Source: Dehalococcoidia bacterium
GTDB taxonomy: Bacteria; Chloroflexota; Dehalococcoidia; Lucifugimonadales; UBA3495
Direction of reading: 5' to 3'
Length of the DNA stretch: 64,000 bases
NCBI GenBank assembly: GCA_022451925.1
Contig: JAKUNL010000001.1
Location: 73,814 to 137,813, forward strand
The position numbers and the translations under genes are program-made. Below the pieces are notes generated by a model, which worked only from the letters and a program-made list of their open reading frames with translations, searched no databases and was not told where the DNA came from. Below, piece by piece: positions 28,859 to 39,052 of this stretch; position 1 is the first letter of the stretch, and every line of letters starts with the position of its first letter.

Positions 28859-29425
28859 CTAGCTACTGTGCATCAGCCCTATGAGACCTTCCCGCCCTGA
28901 TGGATAATTATTAAATCCACCGCGCGTCGCTGACGTAAGGACACGAGTTCCTGGTTTCTTGACGCCTCGCATCGCCATACAAAGATGCTCAGCTTCCAAT
29001 TCCACCACAACCCCTTCCGGCTTAAGAACGCTGAAAATTGCGTTCGCCACATCAGCTGTTAAACGTTCTTGAACTTGAGGGCGGTGTGCGGAAATTTCCA
29101 ACGCCCGTGCAAGTTTGCTGATTCCAGCAATTTTCCCATCGGGAACATAACCGATGCGGGCTTCGCCAAAAAAGGGCAACAGATGATGTTCGCACACAGA
29201 ATAAAATCCCAGGCTTCGAACTATCACTGGGTCTTGATTATCAGCTTCGAACACGGTATCGATCGCGTCAACGGTGTTGACGCCGATGCCGGAAAACAAG
29301 CCTTCATACATACGAGCGACACGGTCGGGTGTATTTAACAATCCTTCACGATTAGGGTCGTCGCCAATAGCAACCAATAATTCAGCCACTGCCACTTTTA
29401 TACGTTGCTGCTGAAGTGCTTCCAT
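28859..29425 (-). CDS. folE: GTP cyclohydrolase I
   Basis: 188 aa with SVCEHHLLPF and the HRPQVQERLT motif. Confidence 0.92.
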   Translation of the reverse strand: MEALQQQRIKVAVAELLVAIGDDPNREGLLNTPDRVARMYEGLFSGIGVNTVDAIDTVFEADNQDPVIVRSLGFYSVCEHHLLPFFGEARIGYVPDGKIAGISKLARALEISAHRPQVQERLTADVANAIFSVLKPEGVVVELEAEHLCMAMRGVKKPGTRVLTSATRGGFNNYPSGREGLIGLMHSS

Positions 29426-29430
29426 ACCAC

Positions 29431-30492
29431 TTAACTTTCTGATCCAATGGTAACGGCCTCTAAGGCCTCTATATTCGCTGGAACTTCTATAGTCTGGCCA
29501 CCAGAGCTACTAACGGCGAGGTCAGGATCTTTCAGGCCGTTTCCGGTGCAGATACAGACGATTCTCTTATCGCTCAAATCCATACCCTGACGATGCATTT
29601 TCATCAACCCGGCGAACGATGCAGCAGAAGCCGGCTCACAAAAGATACCTTCTTTGTTTGCCAAAAGTCGATAGGCTTCTAGTATCTCGTCATCAGATAC
29701 CGCATCAATCACACCACCGGAACCGTCTCTGGCTTCAATTGCCCCATTCCAAGTGGCAGGGTTGCCAATACGGATTGCGGATGCAATAGTCTGGGGTCTA
29801 GCCACGGGCTCACCTCTCACAATGGGAGCTGCTCCCTCTGCCTGAAAACCCATCATTCTCGGCAACGCTTGGCTGCGACCAAGATCCTGGTATTCTCGAA
29901 AGCCTTTCCAATAAGCAGTAATATTCCCCGCGTTTCCAACTGGAATAAATAACATGTCCGGAGCACCGCCTAGTTTATCCACTATTTCAAAAGCGGCGGT
30001 CTTTTGGCCTTCTATTCTGTGAGGGTTTACTGAATTTACCAGAGTCACATCGTTACGTTGGGTGAATTCTCTGACCATTCCTAGAGCAGCATCAAAATTG
30101 CCGTTGATCATTATGACTTTGGCACCATAAATCATGGCCTGGGCCAGCTTACCCATGGCCACTTCACCTTTTGGAATCAGAACGAATGTGGGAATATCAC
30201 AGTAGGCGCCAAACGCAGCGGCTGACGCGCTGGTGTTGCCTGTAGAAGCACACATTATAGCTTTGGTGCCCTCTTCCAATGCTTTAGCAATAGCCATAAC
30301 CATGCCACGGTCTTTAAATGATCCGGTGGGGTTGCAACCTTCCAACTTAAAATATAACTCTGTACAGCCCAATTCACGACCTAGGCGGTTGGACCTGACC
30401 AAGGGAGTATCTCCTTCTCCCATGGTTATTATCGGAGTTGCACTTGTCACCGGAAGCAGATCCGGGTAAGTATTTAATACCCCTGCACCCAT
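29431..30492 (-). CDS. thrC: Threonine synthase
   Basis: 353 aa with the PLP lysine motif NPTGSFKDRG. Confidence 0.92.
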   Translation of the reverse strand: MGAGVLNTYPDLLPVTSATPIITMGEGDTPLVRSNRLGRELGCTELYFKLEGCNPTGSFKDRGMVMAIAKALEEGTKAIMCASTGNTSASAAAFGAYCDIPTFVLIPKGEVAMGKLAQAMIYGAKVIMINGNFDAALGMVREFTQRNDVTLVNSVNPHRIEGQKTAAFEIVDKLGGAPDMLFIPVGNAGNITAYWKGFREYQDLGRSQALPRMMGFQAEGAAPIVRGEPVARPQTIASAIRIGNPATWNGAIEARDGSGGVIDAVSDDEILEAYRLLANKEGIFCEPASAASFAGLMKMHRQGMDLSDKRIVCICTGNGLKDPDLAVSSSGGQTIEVPANIEALEAVTIGSES

Positions 30493-30597
30493 ACGTTTAC
30501 CTGATTCTCCTACTTCTCGACTCTTGTTCCGGAGAGAATTTATCCTACTACGGTTTCGCCTATCTGTTTGACCCGAAATGACATCAGTTGGTTCGGC

Positions 30598-31917
30598 TTA
30601 CTCTTCTATGCGGAGAGTATTGCTGACTTTTTTTACCTGGGAAAGATTCTCCATCCTTCGTAAGGCCATTTGCATGGAGTCTTCCCTAGCGGGATGGGTG
30701 GTGATTACTATCTCCGCACTATCAGTCTCTGGGTGTGTGTCCCGCTGCAGTACTGCTGCGATGCTGATCTGGCCATCGCCCAGGAGTTGAGCTATCTGTG
30801 CCAATACACCTGGGTGGTCGGCAACTTCCAGACGCACGTAATATCTGGACCTGAGTTCGCCGATGGGCTTGACCTTCAGTTCCGGACCATTGCGTGGCAT
30901 CAATGCTGGTGAATGATTACCTATCTTGCAGGCCGCCTCAATAATATCGCCCACAACAGCGCTGGTAGTGGGTTCTCTCCCCGCGCCAGCACCATGAACG
31001 AGCACCTGGCCACAAAGACTACCCTCTACTTCAACGGCATTGTACACTCCATCAACTTTGGCAAGCATATGTTCTGCAGGAACTAAAGCAGGATAAACAC
31101 GAAGTTGCACTGCTTCTTCATCTAGATTGGCAATAGCCAGGGATTTTATTGCGTAGCCCAACTCTTCAGCGTACCTAAAATCCTGGGGTTCAAGTTTGGA
31201 AATTCCCTCGCGGTAGATGTCCGAAGGTTGGAACGACCTTCGATAGGCCAACGAGGCGAGGATTGTCAGTTTATAAGCTGCATCGATGCCTTCTATATCA
31301 TTGGTCGGATCTGATTCGGCATAACCCAGGCCTTGAGCTTCGACAAGAGCTTGTTCGAATCCGGTTCGCTCTTGCGCCATCTTGGTGAGAATGTAGTTGG
31401 TTGTCCCATTAATAATGCTACGGATTGAACGAATATCGTTGGCGGCCAATTCGTTCATCATACATCCAACTATGGGTATACCACCTCCCACGCTCGCCTC
31501 GAATAGAAGATTGGCATTGTTATCTCTGGCCAGGGTCATCAGTTCGGAACCTGACTTTGCCATCACCTCTTTGTTAGCTGTAACTATGTGTTTGCCGGCC
31601 GCCAAAGCCTGTTTGAGGTAATCTTCAGCAGGATATGTGCCACCCATAACCTCCACTACAATGTCGATATCAGGATCAGACAAGATATCTTCGGCATTAG
31701 TAGTCAGTACTCCTTCAGGTAGTTCTACATCTCTTACGCGAAATCTGTCACGAACAAGGACCTTCTTAAGGTTTACTGTACGTCCAGTCAGGCCTAAAAG
31801 CGATGACCCGTTACTTAGAATGTGTGCGGCAACACCCGCTCCAACGACGCCTAGGCCCATCAGGCCGACGTTAATCCCATCAGAGATATCAGGTGATACT
31901 TCGAAATCTGCTGGCAT
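30598..31917 (-). CDS. hom: Homoserine dehydrogenase with C-terminal ACT domain
   Basis: 439 aa with GLGVVGAGV Rossmann and the NGTTNYILT motif. Confidence 0.92.
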   Translation of the reverse strand: MPADFEVSPDISDGINVGLMGLGVVGAGVAAHILSNGSSLLGLTGRTVNLKKVLVRDRFRVRDVELPEGVLTTNAEDILSDPDIDIVVEVMGGTYPAEDYLKQALAAGKHIVTANKEVMAKSGSELMTLARDNNANLLFEASVGGGIPIVGCMMNELAANDIRSIRSIINGTTNYILTKMAQERTGFEQALVEAQGLGYAESDPTNDIEGIDAAYKLTILASLAYRRSFQPSDIYREGISKLEPQDFRYAEELGYAIKSLAIANLDEEAVQLRVYPALVPAEHMLAKVDGVYNAVEVEGSLCGQVLVHGAGAGREPTTSAVVGDIIEAACKIGNHSPALMPRNGPELKVKPIGELRSRYYVRLEVADHPGVLAQIAQLLGDGQISIAAVLQRDTHPETDSAEIVITTHPAREDSMQMALRRMENLSQVKKVSNTLRIEE

Positions 31918-31935
31918 GTGCCTTCACCAATCTCT

Positions 31936-33117
31936 TTATGGTCCCGAAGGAGGGAGTATCTGGCTTGGGTCTGGAATGGGCGTAGGTCGTTCGACTCGAG
32001 GCGCGGTGATAAATACTTGTTCTGTTACCCATTCATAAAGCCTGCTATTGAAATTCATCTTTACTGTCCCGGCTTGAGTCCCAGCAAGGAGAGTCTGGCG
32101 CTGCCACTTCTCCACAGTCTCTTGAAGGAGCTTGGTACCCATTACTCTGGACAATGGGCGTACCTCAGCAGCGGACAGTGTCTTGATCAAGTAATAGGAT
32201 TCATTGGTGAAAATGGCATCACTTAGGGTATCCGGATCAATGGGTTGGATACCTCTAGCTTCATCACCAAACAGGGTCTCATCAAGTTCAGGAAAAGCTC
32301 CTTCGGGCACCCAACCTACGTAACCGTTACCATCGGCGAACTGACTTGTAGCATTCAATTCTTGAGCAATCCTGGTAAAGTCTTCATTCACCAAGCGTGT
32401 TTCGACTTCGTTTATTAGAATATCACCGTCAACTGGAATTTGTATCCACTGAACTTCTACGTGAGGTTGCTCTTCTTCGATGTTCTGGGAAAGTAGCGCC
32501 GCTAAAGCTCGGAGCGAAAGCTGTTCTTTGACAATTACCTTAAAATCTCCATCTGAAAGTCCGGTAGCTGTCAAGTAAGAAGAATAATTTTCCTTGAATT
32601 CCTTTTCCAACTGGCCAGGGTCAGTTTCCTGGCCTACTTCTGCGGTCGGGGTAAATTGACGACGCAATTCCTTATCTATGTCCTCCTCATCAATCACTAT
32701 ACCCAATTCAGATGATTGCTGACGTAATATTTCCGCGTGAACCAAATTCTGGAGATACTCGAACGGCACGGTACTCAAATTTACTTGGCCGCCTTGGTAG
32801 CGGTTAACACCTTGAAGAACTCGAATCCGTGATACAAGGTCACCCATATTGAATTCAACGTCGCGAACCGAGCCAGCCCAAACTCTCGGAGGTTGGTAGA
32901 ACTCTTTGTAATAGCCGAACACCGTTATACCAAAGACGACTAGAATCAGAAAAGCTCCCACGCCAAAGCCGACTCGTTGTTGTTTACGGTCGACTGGGGC
33001 GTTAGGCGGTTTCTGAAGATCTTCGTTTGGGTTTTGCTGTCTGGCTCGACTCATGCGGCGGCGCTCGGCTCTGCTCGAATCTGCAGAGCCAAACAACCGG
33101 AGCCTGGGAAATGGCAT
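31936..33117 (-). CDS. Membrane-anchored SurA/PpiD-like chaperone with degenerate parvulin domain
   Basis: 393 aa with one N-terminal TM helix and a C-terminal GYVGWVPEGAFPELDETLFG...YYLIKT parvulin-like segment. Confidence 0.5.
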   Translation of the reverse strand: MPFPRLRLFGSADSSRAERRRMSRARQQNPNEDLQKPPNAPVDRKQQRVGFGVGAFLILVVFGITVFGYYKEFYQPPRVWAGSVRDVEFNMGDLVSRIRVLQGVNRYQGGQVNLSTVPFEYLQNLVHAEILRQQSSELGIVIDEEDIDKELRRQFTPTAEVGQETDPGQLEKEFKENYSSYLTATGLSDGDFKVIVKEQLSLRALAALLSQNIEEEQPHVEVQWIQIPVDGDILINEVETRLVNEDFTRIAQELNATSQFADGNGYVGWVPEGAFPELDETLFGDEARGIQPIDPDTLSDAIFTNESYYLIKTLSAAEVRPLSRVMGTKLLQETVEKWQRQTLLAGTQAGTVKMNFNSRLYEWVTEQVFITAPRVERPTPIPDPSQILPPSGP

Positions 33118-33223
33118 TATTTAACCTCGGCGAGCCTTTGGTGGAGTAGGTAAACTTAGGCGGCAAGCCATGTTGGCTAAGCCGACAGTTGGTATTCTAG
33201 ATTCTAGAGTCGAACCAGCATGA

Positions 33224-33574
33224 TCAGCGTCGAACGCCGCCTGAATACGCGTGATAAGCCACGAAAGGCACTAATGCAATCTGTCGGGCTCTCTGGATAG
33301 CCATTCTCAGTGCACGTTGATGTTTGGCGCACACGCCAGTGCGTCGGCGGGGCTCAATTTTGGCGCGTTCTGAAACAAATCGACGAATCTTATCAATCTC
33401 TTTGTAGTCGATATGCGTTACGTGTTCTGCACAAAAGGCGCATACTTTACGGCGACGTACGAAGCGGCCTCGTGGACGTCCGCCGGGGCGTCCGCCTCCT
33501 GCGCCTGGTCGCCCGCCGCCACCACCAAATCTTGGTGGTGGTCCGCCTGGTCCTCTAGGGGCTTCAGTGGTCAT
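33224..33574 (-). CDS. rpsR: 30S ribosomal protein S18 with Gly/Pro/Arg-rich N-terminal extension
   Basis: The S18 core is [47 protein letters not shown]. About 40 aa of RGG-like sequence precede it. Confidence 0.92.
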   Translation of the reverse strand: MTTEAPRGPGGPPPRFGGGGGRPGAGGGRPGGRPRGRFVRRRKVCAFCAEHVTHIDYKEIDKIRRFVSERAKIEPRRRTGVCAKHQRALRMAIQRARQIALVPFVAYHAYSGGVRR

Positions 33575-33607
33575 TCTAGTTCAAGTCCTTCCTATTTTGC
33601 TGCCTAA

Positions 33608-34030
33608 TTAAAATGGTAAATCGTCTACCGAATCCATCCCGGGGCCTTCGTTAACTATGGCCCCAACACCGGAATCGTATTGGTCCGAAGTAGGACCACT
33701 GCCGTCCCCGCCTCTACCCAAGAACTGAACGTCGTTCAAAGTTACATCAATGGAGACTCGAGTCGTGCCGTCGCGGCCTTCATAGGTTCGGCTACTCATC
33801 CGGCCTTCTATATAAACCTGCTGGCCTTTTGTTAAGTACTGGTTACAAGTCTCGCCTAGCTTCCCCCAGGCACTGACATTGAACCATTCTGTTTCTTCTC
33901 TTTGTTCTCCTGTACCCGTAGTGTACCGACGGCTCGAAGCCACACTAAATGAGGTCACCGCTTGACCATTCGGAGTGTAGCGCATCTCGGGGTCTCTTCC
34001 TAGATGCCCAATGACTATGATCTTATTCAC
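33608..34030 (-). CDS. ssb: Single-stranded DNA-binding protein
   Basis: OB-fold start VNKIIVIGHLGRDPEMRYTPNG and C-terminal DDLPF tip. Start moved to the GTG at 34030 (GGAGG-N5-GTG), which removes the overlap with rpsF. Confidence 0.9.
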   Translation of the reverse strand: MNKIIVIGHLGRDPEMRYTPNGQAVTSFSVASSRRYTTGTGEQREETEWFNVSAWGKLGETCNQYLTKGQQVYIEGRMSSRTYEGRDGTTRVSIDVTLNDVQFLGRGGDGSGPTSDQYDSGVGAIVNEGPGMDSVDDLPF

Positions 34031-34061
34031 GACTTCCTCCCTTCGACCTAACTCCGTTTTC

Positions 34062-34700
34062 CTAAGCTTCGTTATTATCCGAATCAACCGTCTCTATTGT
34101 CAGATTTCCTCCCTCTTCGGGGACATCTGGTTCGCTTTCAGTTTCGACTACTGGTTCTGTTGTTTCTTGAGGTACCTCAGATACCGAGCCATCCGCCGGA
34201 TCAGACACTAAAGCATCTTCGGCCGGAGCTTCCTCAACGAGCTCAGGTATTCCTTCAGTTACTATCGCATCAGAAGGATTTGTACCTTCAGCGGGGGGCG
34301 CAGAAGGGATAGGTACGCCGTCTGGACCGACTGGCGCAGGGCGTGGAGGGGGAGTCCTGATGGCCCGCGCTGCTGCCGCTGCCTGGGCAGCTAATTCCTC
34401 TTCGGGTAAGGTTACAGTTACCAACGATCGGAGTATTTCTTCATCAACTTTGAGAAAATTCTCCAAATCTTTGTTAAAAGCTCTCTCAGTTGCGAACCGG
34501 GTCAGGTGGTAGCTCCCTTCTAAAAACCGATGTTGGCCTTTCCGGATCGGATAAGCCAAGCGGCGGGTTCCCCACTGCTCTTCGTGGCTAATCTCAGCCT
34601 CGCGGGTAGTTATGAATCCTTTTATCTTGTCCCAGGTTTCAGTCACCTGTTCTTGGTTCAACATCGGGCTGAGGACAACTACAAGTTCGTAATGGCGCAA
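34062..34700 (-). CDS. rpsF: 30S ribosomal protein S6 with about 110-aa Pro/Glu/Ala-rich C-terminal extension
   Basis: MRHYELVVVLSP...GTRRLAYPI S6 core. 212 aa in total. Confidence 0.9.
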   Translation of the reverse strand: MRHYELVVVLSPMLNQEQVTETWDKIKGFITTREAEISHEEQWGTRRLAYPIRKGQHRFLEGSYHLTRFATERAFNKDLENFLKVDEEILRSLVTVTLPEEELAAQAAAAARAIRTPPPRPAPVGPDGVPIPSAPPAEGTNPSDAIVTEGIPELVEEAPAEDALVSDPADGSVSEVPQETTEPVVETESEPDVPEEGGNLTIETVDSDNNEA

Positions 34701-34802
34701 ATGGTACCCCTTGGAAGGTTAAACACGGATGTGTTGCGTATTCTGTAGAACACAACTAGTGAGATTATAGCATCGGCTCTTTCCTCTCTCAACTAGTCTA
34801 CT

Positions 34803-36047
34803 TCAATTATCTATGCCTGGAACACTAAATTGGGATGTTAAGGACTTAACTTCAACTGCTACGTTAATATGCGCTTCTTTATCCTCCAAGTCAGACAACA
34901 CCTTAATCAACATAGCCGCAATTCTCTTGACCTCTGGCTCCTTCATACCTCGGCTGGTGATTGCCGGCGTACCCAAGCGAAGTCCACTGGTCACCCGGGG
35001 AGGCCGAGGGTCAAAAGGGATCGCGTTCTTATTGGTGATGATACCAACATCCTCGAGAGCGCGTTCTGCTTGCTGACCGGTAATGCCTAATGGCGTAACA
35101 TCAACCAGCACCATGTGGTTTTCGGTACCGCCTGAAACCAGTCGGATTCCAGCATCGGAAAGATCAGAGGCAAGAGTTTTGCAATTGGACACTAATTGGT
35201 GCGCGTATATAGAAAACTCGGGTTTAAGTGCCTTTCCAAAACAAACAGCCTTGCCAGCAATGGCCTGCATCAACGGACCACCCTGGCTAAACGGGAACAC
35301 GGCGAAATCAACTTTCCTGGCTAACTCCTTGTCGCATAGTATAAAACCGCCTCGAGGGCCTCGTAGGCTCTTTTGCGTGGTTGATGTAACGATGTTGGCG
35401 TAAGGAAGCGGTGAAGGATGGGCGCCTCCAGCAATCAATCCAGATATATGGGCCATATCCACCATCAGTAAAGCGCCCACGCTATCTGCGATAGCCCGGA
35501 ATCGAGGGAAGTCTAAAATCCGAGGATAGGCGCTACAGCCTGCCACGATTAATTTGGGTTTGTGCTCTTTAGCTTGACGCTCCACAGCGTCGTAGTCGAT
35601 AGTCTCAGTATCTTTATTCAAGCCATAGGGCACAAAATTATAAAGTTTGCCTGAGAAGTTCACCGACGCTCCGTGTGTCAAGTGGCCTCCATGATCCAAC
35701 TGCATTCCCAACACAGTATCTCCGGGTTCAAGCACCGCGAAATAAGCCGCCATATTGGCCTGAGCCCCGCTGTGGGGCTGCACGTTTGCGTGCTCCGCAC
35801 CGAACAGTTCTTTAACCCGGTCTATCGCCAAACTCTCTACAGTATCTGAATGCTCGCAACCGCCATAATAGCGTCGCCCCGGATAACCTTCAGCATATTT
35901 ATTGCTAATCACACTTGACCCGGGTTCCAAAACAGCCTTGCTAGCATAGTTCTCAGAAGCAATCAAGACGATGCAATCGCGCTGGCGTTGGTCTTCCAAC
36001 TCGAGGGCACGCGCTACATCTGGGTCTTCATTAGCTAAAACAGACAT
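34803..36047 (-). CDS. glyA: Serine hydroxymethyltransferase
   Basis: 414 aa with the PLP-lysine segment [14 protein letters not shown]. Confidence 0.95.
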   Translation of the reverse strand: MSVLANEDPDVARALELEDQRQRDCIVLIASENYASKAVLEPGSSVISNKYAEGYPGRRYYGGCEHSDTVESLAIDRVKELFGAEHANVQPHSGAQANMAAYFAVLEPGDTVLGMQLDHGGHLTHGASVNFSGKLYNFVPYGLNKDTETIDYDAVERQAKEHKPKLIVAGCSAYPRILDFPRFRAIADSVGALLMVDMAHISGLIAGGAHPSPLPYANIVTSTTQKSLRGPRGGFILCDKELARKVDFAVFPFSQGGPLMQAIAGKAVCFGKALKPEFSIYAHQLVSNCKTLASDLSDAGIRLVSGGTENHMVLVDVTPLGITGQQAERALEDVGIITNKNAIPFDPRPPRVTSGLRLGTPAITSRGMKEPEVKRIAAMLIKVLSDLEDKEAHINVAVEVKSLTSQFSVPGIDN

Positions 36048-36325
36048 ATATATCTCCTGAACCGCGATACAGCGGTAGGTTTGGGCTAAATAACAAAGAA
36101 AATCCCGAGGGAGAGGCCTTCAAGGAGAGGCCAGTAGTAACGATACGCTTCCCGTCCGTCCCTCACACGTCTGGCTAATTCCCCACCCAGGCGGGCTGTA
36201 AACGGTAGTGTACGATGGGGTTTCAAGGGTGTCAACGAACCGAGAAGTCAACCGATTGCGACGTCTAAGCCTCTCATGTAAAGTAACTTAGACACGGTTC
36301 CACAGATATGGAGTTAGTAGCATAG

Positions 36326-36919
36326 ATGTCCACTGAATCAAGCCACCCAGACATGCCATCAACCGTGGCGCGGATGCTGCATCCAGAACGCTCCCAAAGG
36401 CTAGATCCATTCCGCATCATGGCACACTGCCCAATCACGCCTCAGGACATTGTCGCAGATGTCGGATGCGGGCCGGGTTATTTCACACTACCGTTGGCGA
36501 AATTCCTTATCAAGGGCAGAGTTTTCGCAATGGATACTTCCGACGAGATGATTGAGGCCTGCCAAGGCCGAGTGAATCAGGCTCGTTTGGGCAACGTGCA
36601 AGTTCTAAAATGCGACGATTACAAGTTTCCCGTGGAATCCGGGGCGTTAGACGGCTTATTCATAGCTTTTGTGGTACACCACCCTGAAGATCGAGTGCGA
36701 TTCCTGACCGCTGCAAAGGAAATGCTACGCCCAGGCGGCTGGTGCTTCATCCTGGAATGGCACAAGACAGAGACCGAATCAGGGCCGCCTCAGACAGCAA
36801 GAATAAACCCTGATGAACTCCGTGAGCTATGCGAGATGGCTGGCTTCAGATACCAGGAATCAGGGGATGTAAATAACGAGAACTACCGAATGACTGTGAT
36901 TAAAAGTCGGTTATCCTAA
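36326..36919 (+). CDS. Class I SAM-dependent methyltransferase
   Basis: 197 aa with VADVGCGPGYFT motif I. Confidence 0.8.
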   Translation: MSTESSHPDMPSTVARMLHPERSQRLDPFRIMAHCPITPQDIVADVGCGPGYFTLPLAKFLIKGRVFAMDTSDEMIEACQGRVNQARLGNVQVLKCDDYKFPVESGALDGLFIAFVVHHPEDRVRFLTAAKEMLRPGGWCFILEWHKTETESGPPQTARINPDELRELCEMAGFRYQESGDVNNENYRMTVIKSRLS

Positions 36920-36927
36920 CCTTAATT

Positions 36928-38775
36928 TCAGTTTGGGATAACCGGTAGCAGCAAATGGGAATCTCGATATTGGTCATGGTAGACACTATTCAAAGCAGTG
37001 ACCCTGACCGGTGAAATCCCTGGATTCTCACCAGTGTTACCGTTCACATCGAATCTAGGGAAATTACTAGATGAAATATCCAATCTGATCCGATGTCCTC
37101 TTACGAATAGATTAGAGACCGGCAATAACTTCAATCGCAACTGGTACACCTGCCCAGGTTCCATTAATTCAGGCTCGACCCAGGAATTTCTAAACTTCGC
37201 CCTTAAAATGCCGTCGGTCAGATTCAAGGCATACCCCTCAGGGTAATCAGCCGACGGCGGATATACGTCTATAAGCTTGGCCGTGAAGTCAGTGTCCATC
37301 GCGCTAGAAGAAATCCATAACTGCACTGATATTGGCCCAGTAACTTCAACGTCCTTTCCCAAGAGTTCAGTTTGGAAGACCAACACGTCAGGCCGCGATG
37401 CTAGCGGTAGGTACGGCTCACATGAACCGAAGAATTTCCCTGACTCCTTCTGATCAAACCCTCCTGCAGACATCACAGGTTGTCCTGACGAAATATTGCC
37501 GCCTATTGTCGGGACCGGGTGATTAGGGTCGAAGAGGAAAGTGCTGGGTGGTTCATCAATTGGCGCAGTCTGAGATGAAAGGTCACCGTTGTGGCGCAGA
37601 TAGAACTTAGTGTCAATAGAACGGGACAAAGGCCATTCATTCTCACTCCGCCACTCTCCACCATGTTCCAAGCGCGACTCCGAATTTTTCCGACCTGATC
37701 CACCGCCCATAACAAACAATCTAACAGATGCTGCATCTTTAGAATCATTATTTTGATCCTTCATCCAACGATCGAAAAATCGAAGTCTCAGGTGATTAAA
37801 ATCGACTGAAAGGTTTCCATCTATCGCCGATGTGGGTCCGAAGTCGACATTACCAGCGTAAGTCACTGCCCGTTGGCCGTGAGTCCATGGCCCCAACAGC
37901 AGGGTTACTGGCCCTTTTTTCAATGCACTCAACGCCACATAATTATCGGATGCTGTCCTGGAATATGGATCGTACCAGCCGCTCATATGAACCTGGGGAA
38001 CATCGGAGAAGGTATCGTAATATTCCTCAGCGCAAAGTCCGACTTGACGCCAATATTCATCAAAACATTCTCTGGACCAAATATCCATCAGGTAATCTTC
38101 ATAATCAGGTACCCACTGCAACGGAGAGTGACCTTTCTTCCAGGGCAGTCGCTTGAACCAATCGAATATATCCTGAGACTCTATTGCTGCTTTGACGGTG
38201 TCAAGGTTGGAATTGGCCTCACGGCTTTCAACAGCTTCTTTGTAAGCCCAAGTCAGTTGACGCAATTCAAATGCCCCACCATTGCGGCAGGCGTTGAGAA
38301 AAGCGTTAGAAAATCCACCGGAATCCAGCCACATACAAGCCAAGTTTGGCGGATTCAGACAAGCCGCAGCTGCTTGGGTATGAGCTGAGTATGAGAGGCC
38401 ATATGTACCGATTTTACCGCCGAACCACTTTTGTTGGGAGATCCATGCCATTGTGTCAAATCCGTCTTCGCCCTCGCCCACATACTTGGTGAATTCTCCT
38501 TCGGACTGGTAACGACCCCGAGTGTCTTGCAAAACCGATGCATAACCATGAGAAGCAAAAAACTTTGCATCTCTGACTAGGTCATCCCGTCCCTTACTGT
38601 ACGGCGTACTGGAGAACAACACCGGAAATCGTCCATCGCCCGTGCTGCCGTAACTAGTCGGCAGATAAATGTCGCAAGCCAATTTGATGCCATCGCGCAT
38701 TGAGACAGTGACATTCGAGTTTATATGGACTCCATTCAGATCGGGGCGTATTTCGATTCGATCATCATCAGGCAT
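36928..38775 (-). CDS. CocE/NonD-family (S15 X-Pro dipeptidyl-peptidase-like) hydrolase
   Basis: 615 aa with the nucleophile elbow GTYGLSYSA and a C-terminal jelly-roll domain. Confidence 0.85.
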   Translation of the reverse strand: MPDDDRIEIRPDLNGVHINSNVTVSMRDGIKLACDIYLPTSYGSTGDGRFPVLFSSTPYSKGRDDLVRDAKFFASHGYASVLQDTRGRYQSEGEFTKYVGEGEDGFDTMAWISQQKWFGGKIGTYGLSYSAHTQAAAACLNPPNLACMWLDSGGFSNAFLNACRNGGAFELRQLTWAYKEAVESREANSNLDTVKAAIESQDIFDWFKRLPWKKGHSPLQWVPDYEDYLMDIWSRECFDEYWRQVGLCAEEYYDTFSDVPQVHMSGWYDPYSRTASDNYVALSALKKGPVTLLLGPWTHGQRAVTYAGNVDFGPTSAIDGNLSVDFNHLRLRFFDRWMKDQNNDSKDAASVRLFVMGGGSGRKNSESRLEHGGEWRSENEWPLSRSIDTKFYLRHNGDLSSQTAPIDEPPSTFLFDPNHPVPTIGGNISSGQPVMSAGGFDQKESGKFFGSCEPYLPLASRPDVLVFQTELLGKDVEVTGPISVQLWISSSAMDTDFTAKLIDVYPPSADYPEGYALNLTDGILRAKFRNSWVEPELMEPGQVYQLRLKLLPVSNLFVRGHRIRLDISSSNFPRFDVNGNTGENPGISPVRVTALNSVYHDQYRDSHLLLPVIPN

Positions 38776-38892
38776 ATGTCGTTCTCGATTGGTTTTTGTT
38801 TTGGCTACTAACAGTAACTAGACGGGTAGGAAAACAATTTTATTTGCGCGTCCATCAGACCGCAAGCAGATGAACAATGGTGCCAAATTAGA

Positions 38893-38921
38893 TTGACATG
38901 AAATATGGGCCAACCTATAGT
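38893..38921 (+). promoter_or_regulatory. Near-consensus sigma-70 promoter upstream of trxB
   Basis: TTGACA-17 nt-TATAGT, about 130 nt upstream of the trxB start. Confidence 0.45.
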
Positions 38922-39052
38922 GAAATCAATATTGGAATCAGACCGTCTGTTCAAGCTCGCCGATCTCGTTATCGGATTTCCTCTCTCACTGGCTATCGAT
39001 CCCGTAAGGCAACCCTCAACATTTAAAAAACGAACCTCGGAGGCCCCTTATT

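Noticed and set aside
36097-36131. Direct repeat gagaggcc..gagaggcc as a repeat element or CRISPR-like signal
   Set aside because: There are only two 8-9-nt copies a few nt apart and no array structure. It is treated as part of the glyA leader.
36181-36200. ZTP (pfl) riboswitch upstream of glyA, suggested by a CCGCCUGGG element on the minus strand
   Set aside because: The conserved 5' sub-domain that supplies the complementary GGCGG pseudoknot partner (the GACUGGCG-like segment) is not present in the leader. Kept only as a generic structured-leader observation.
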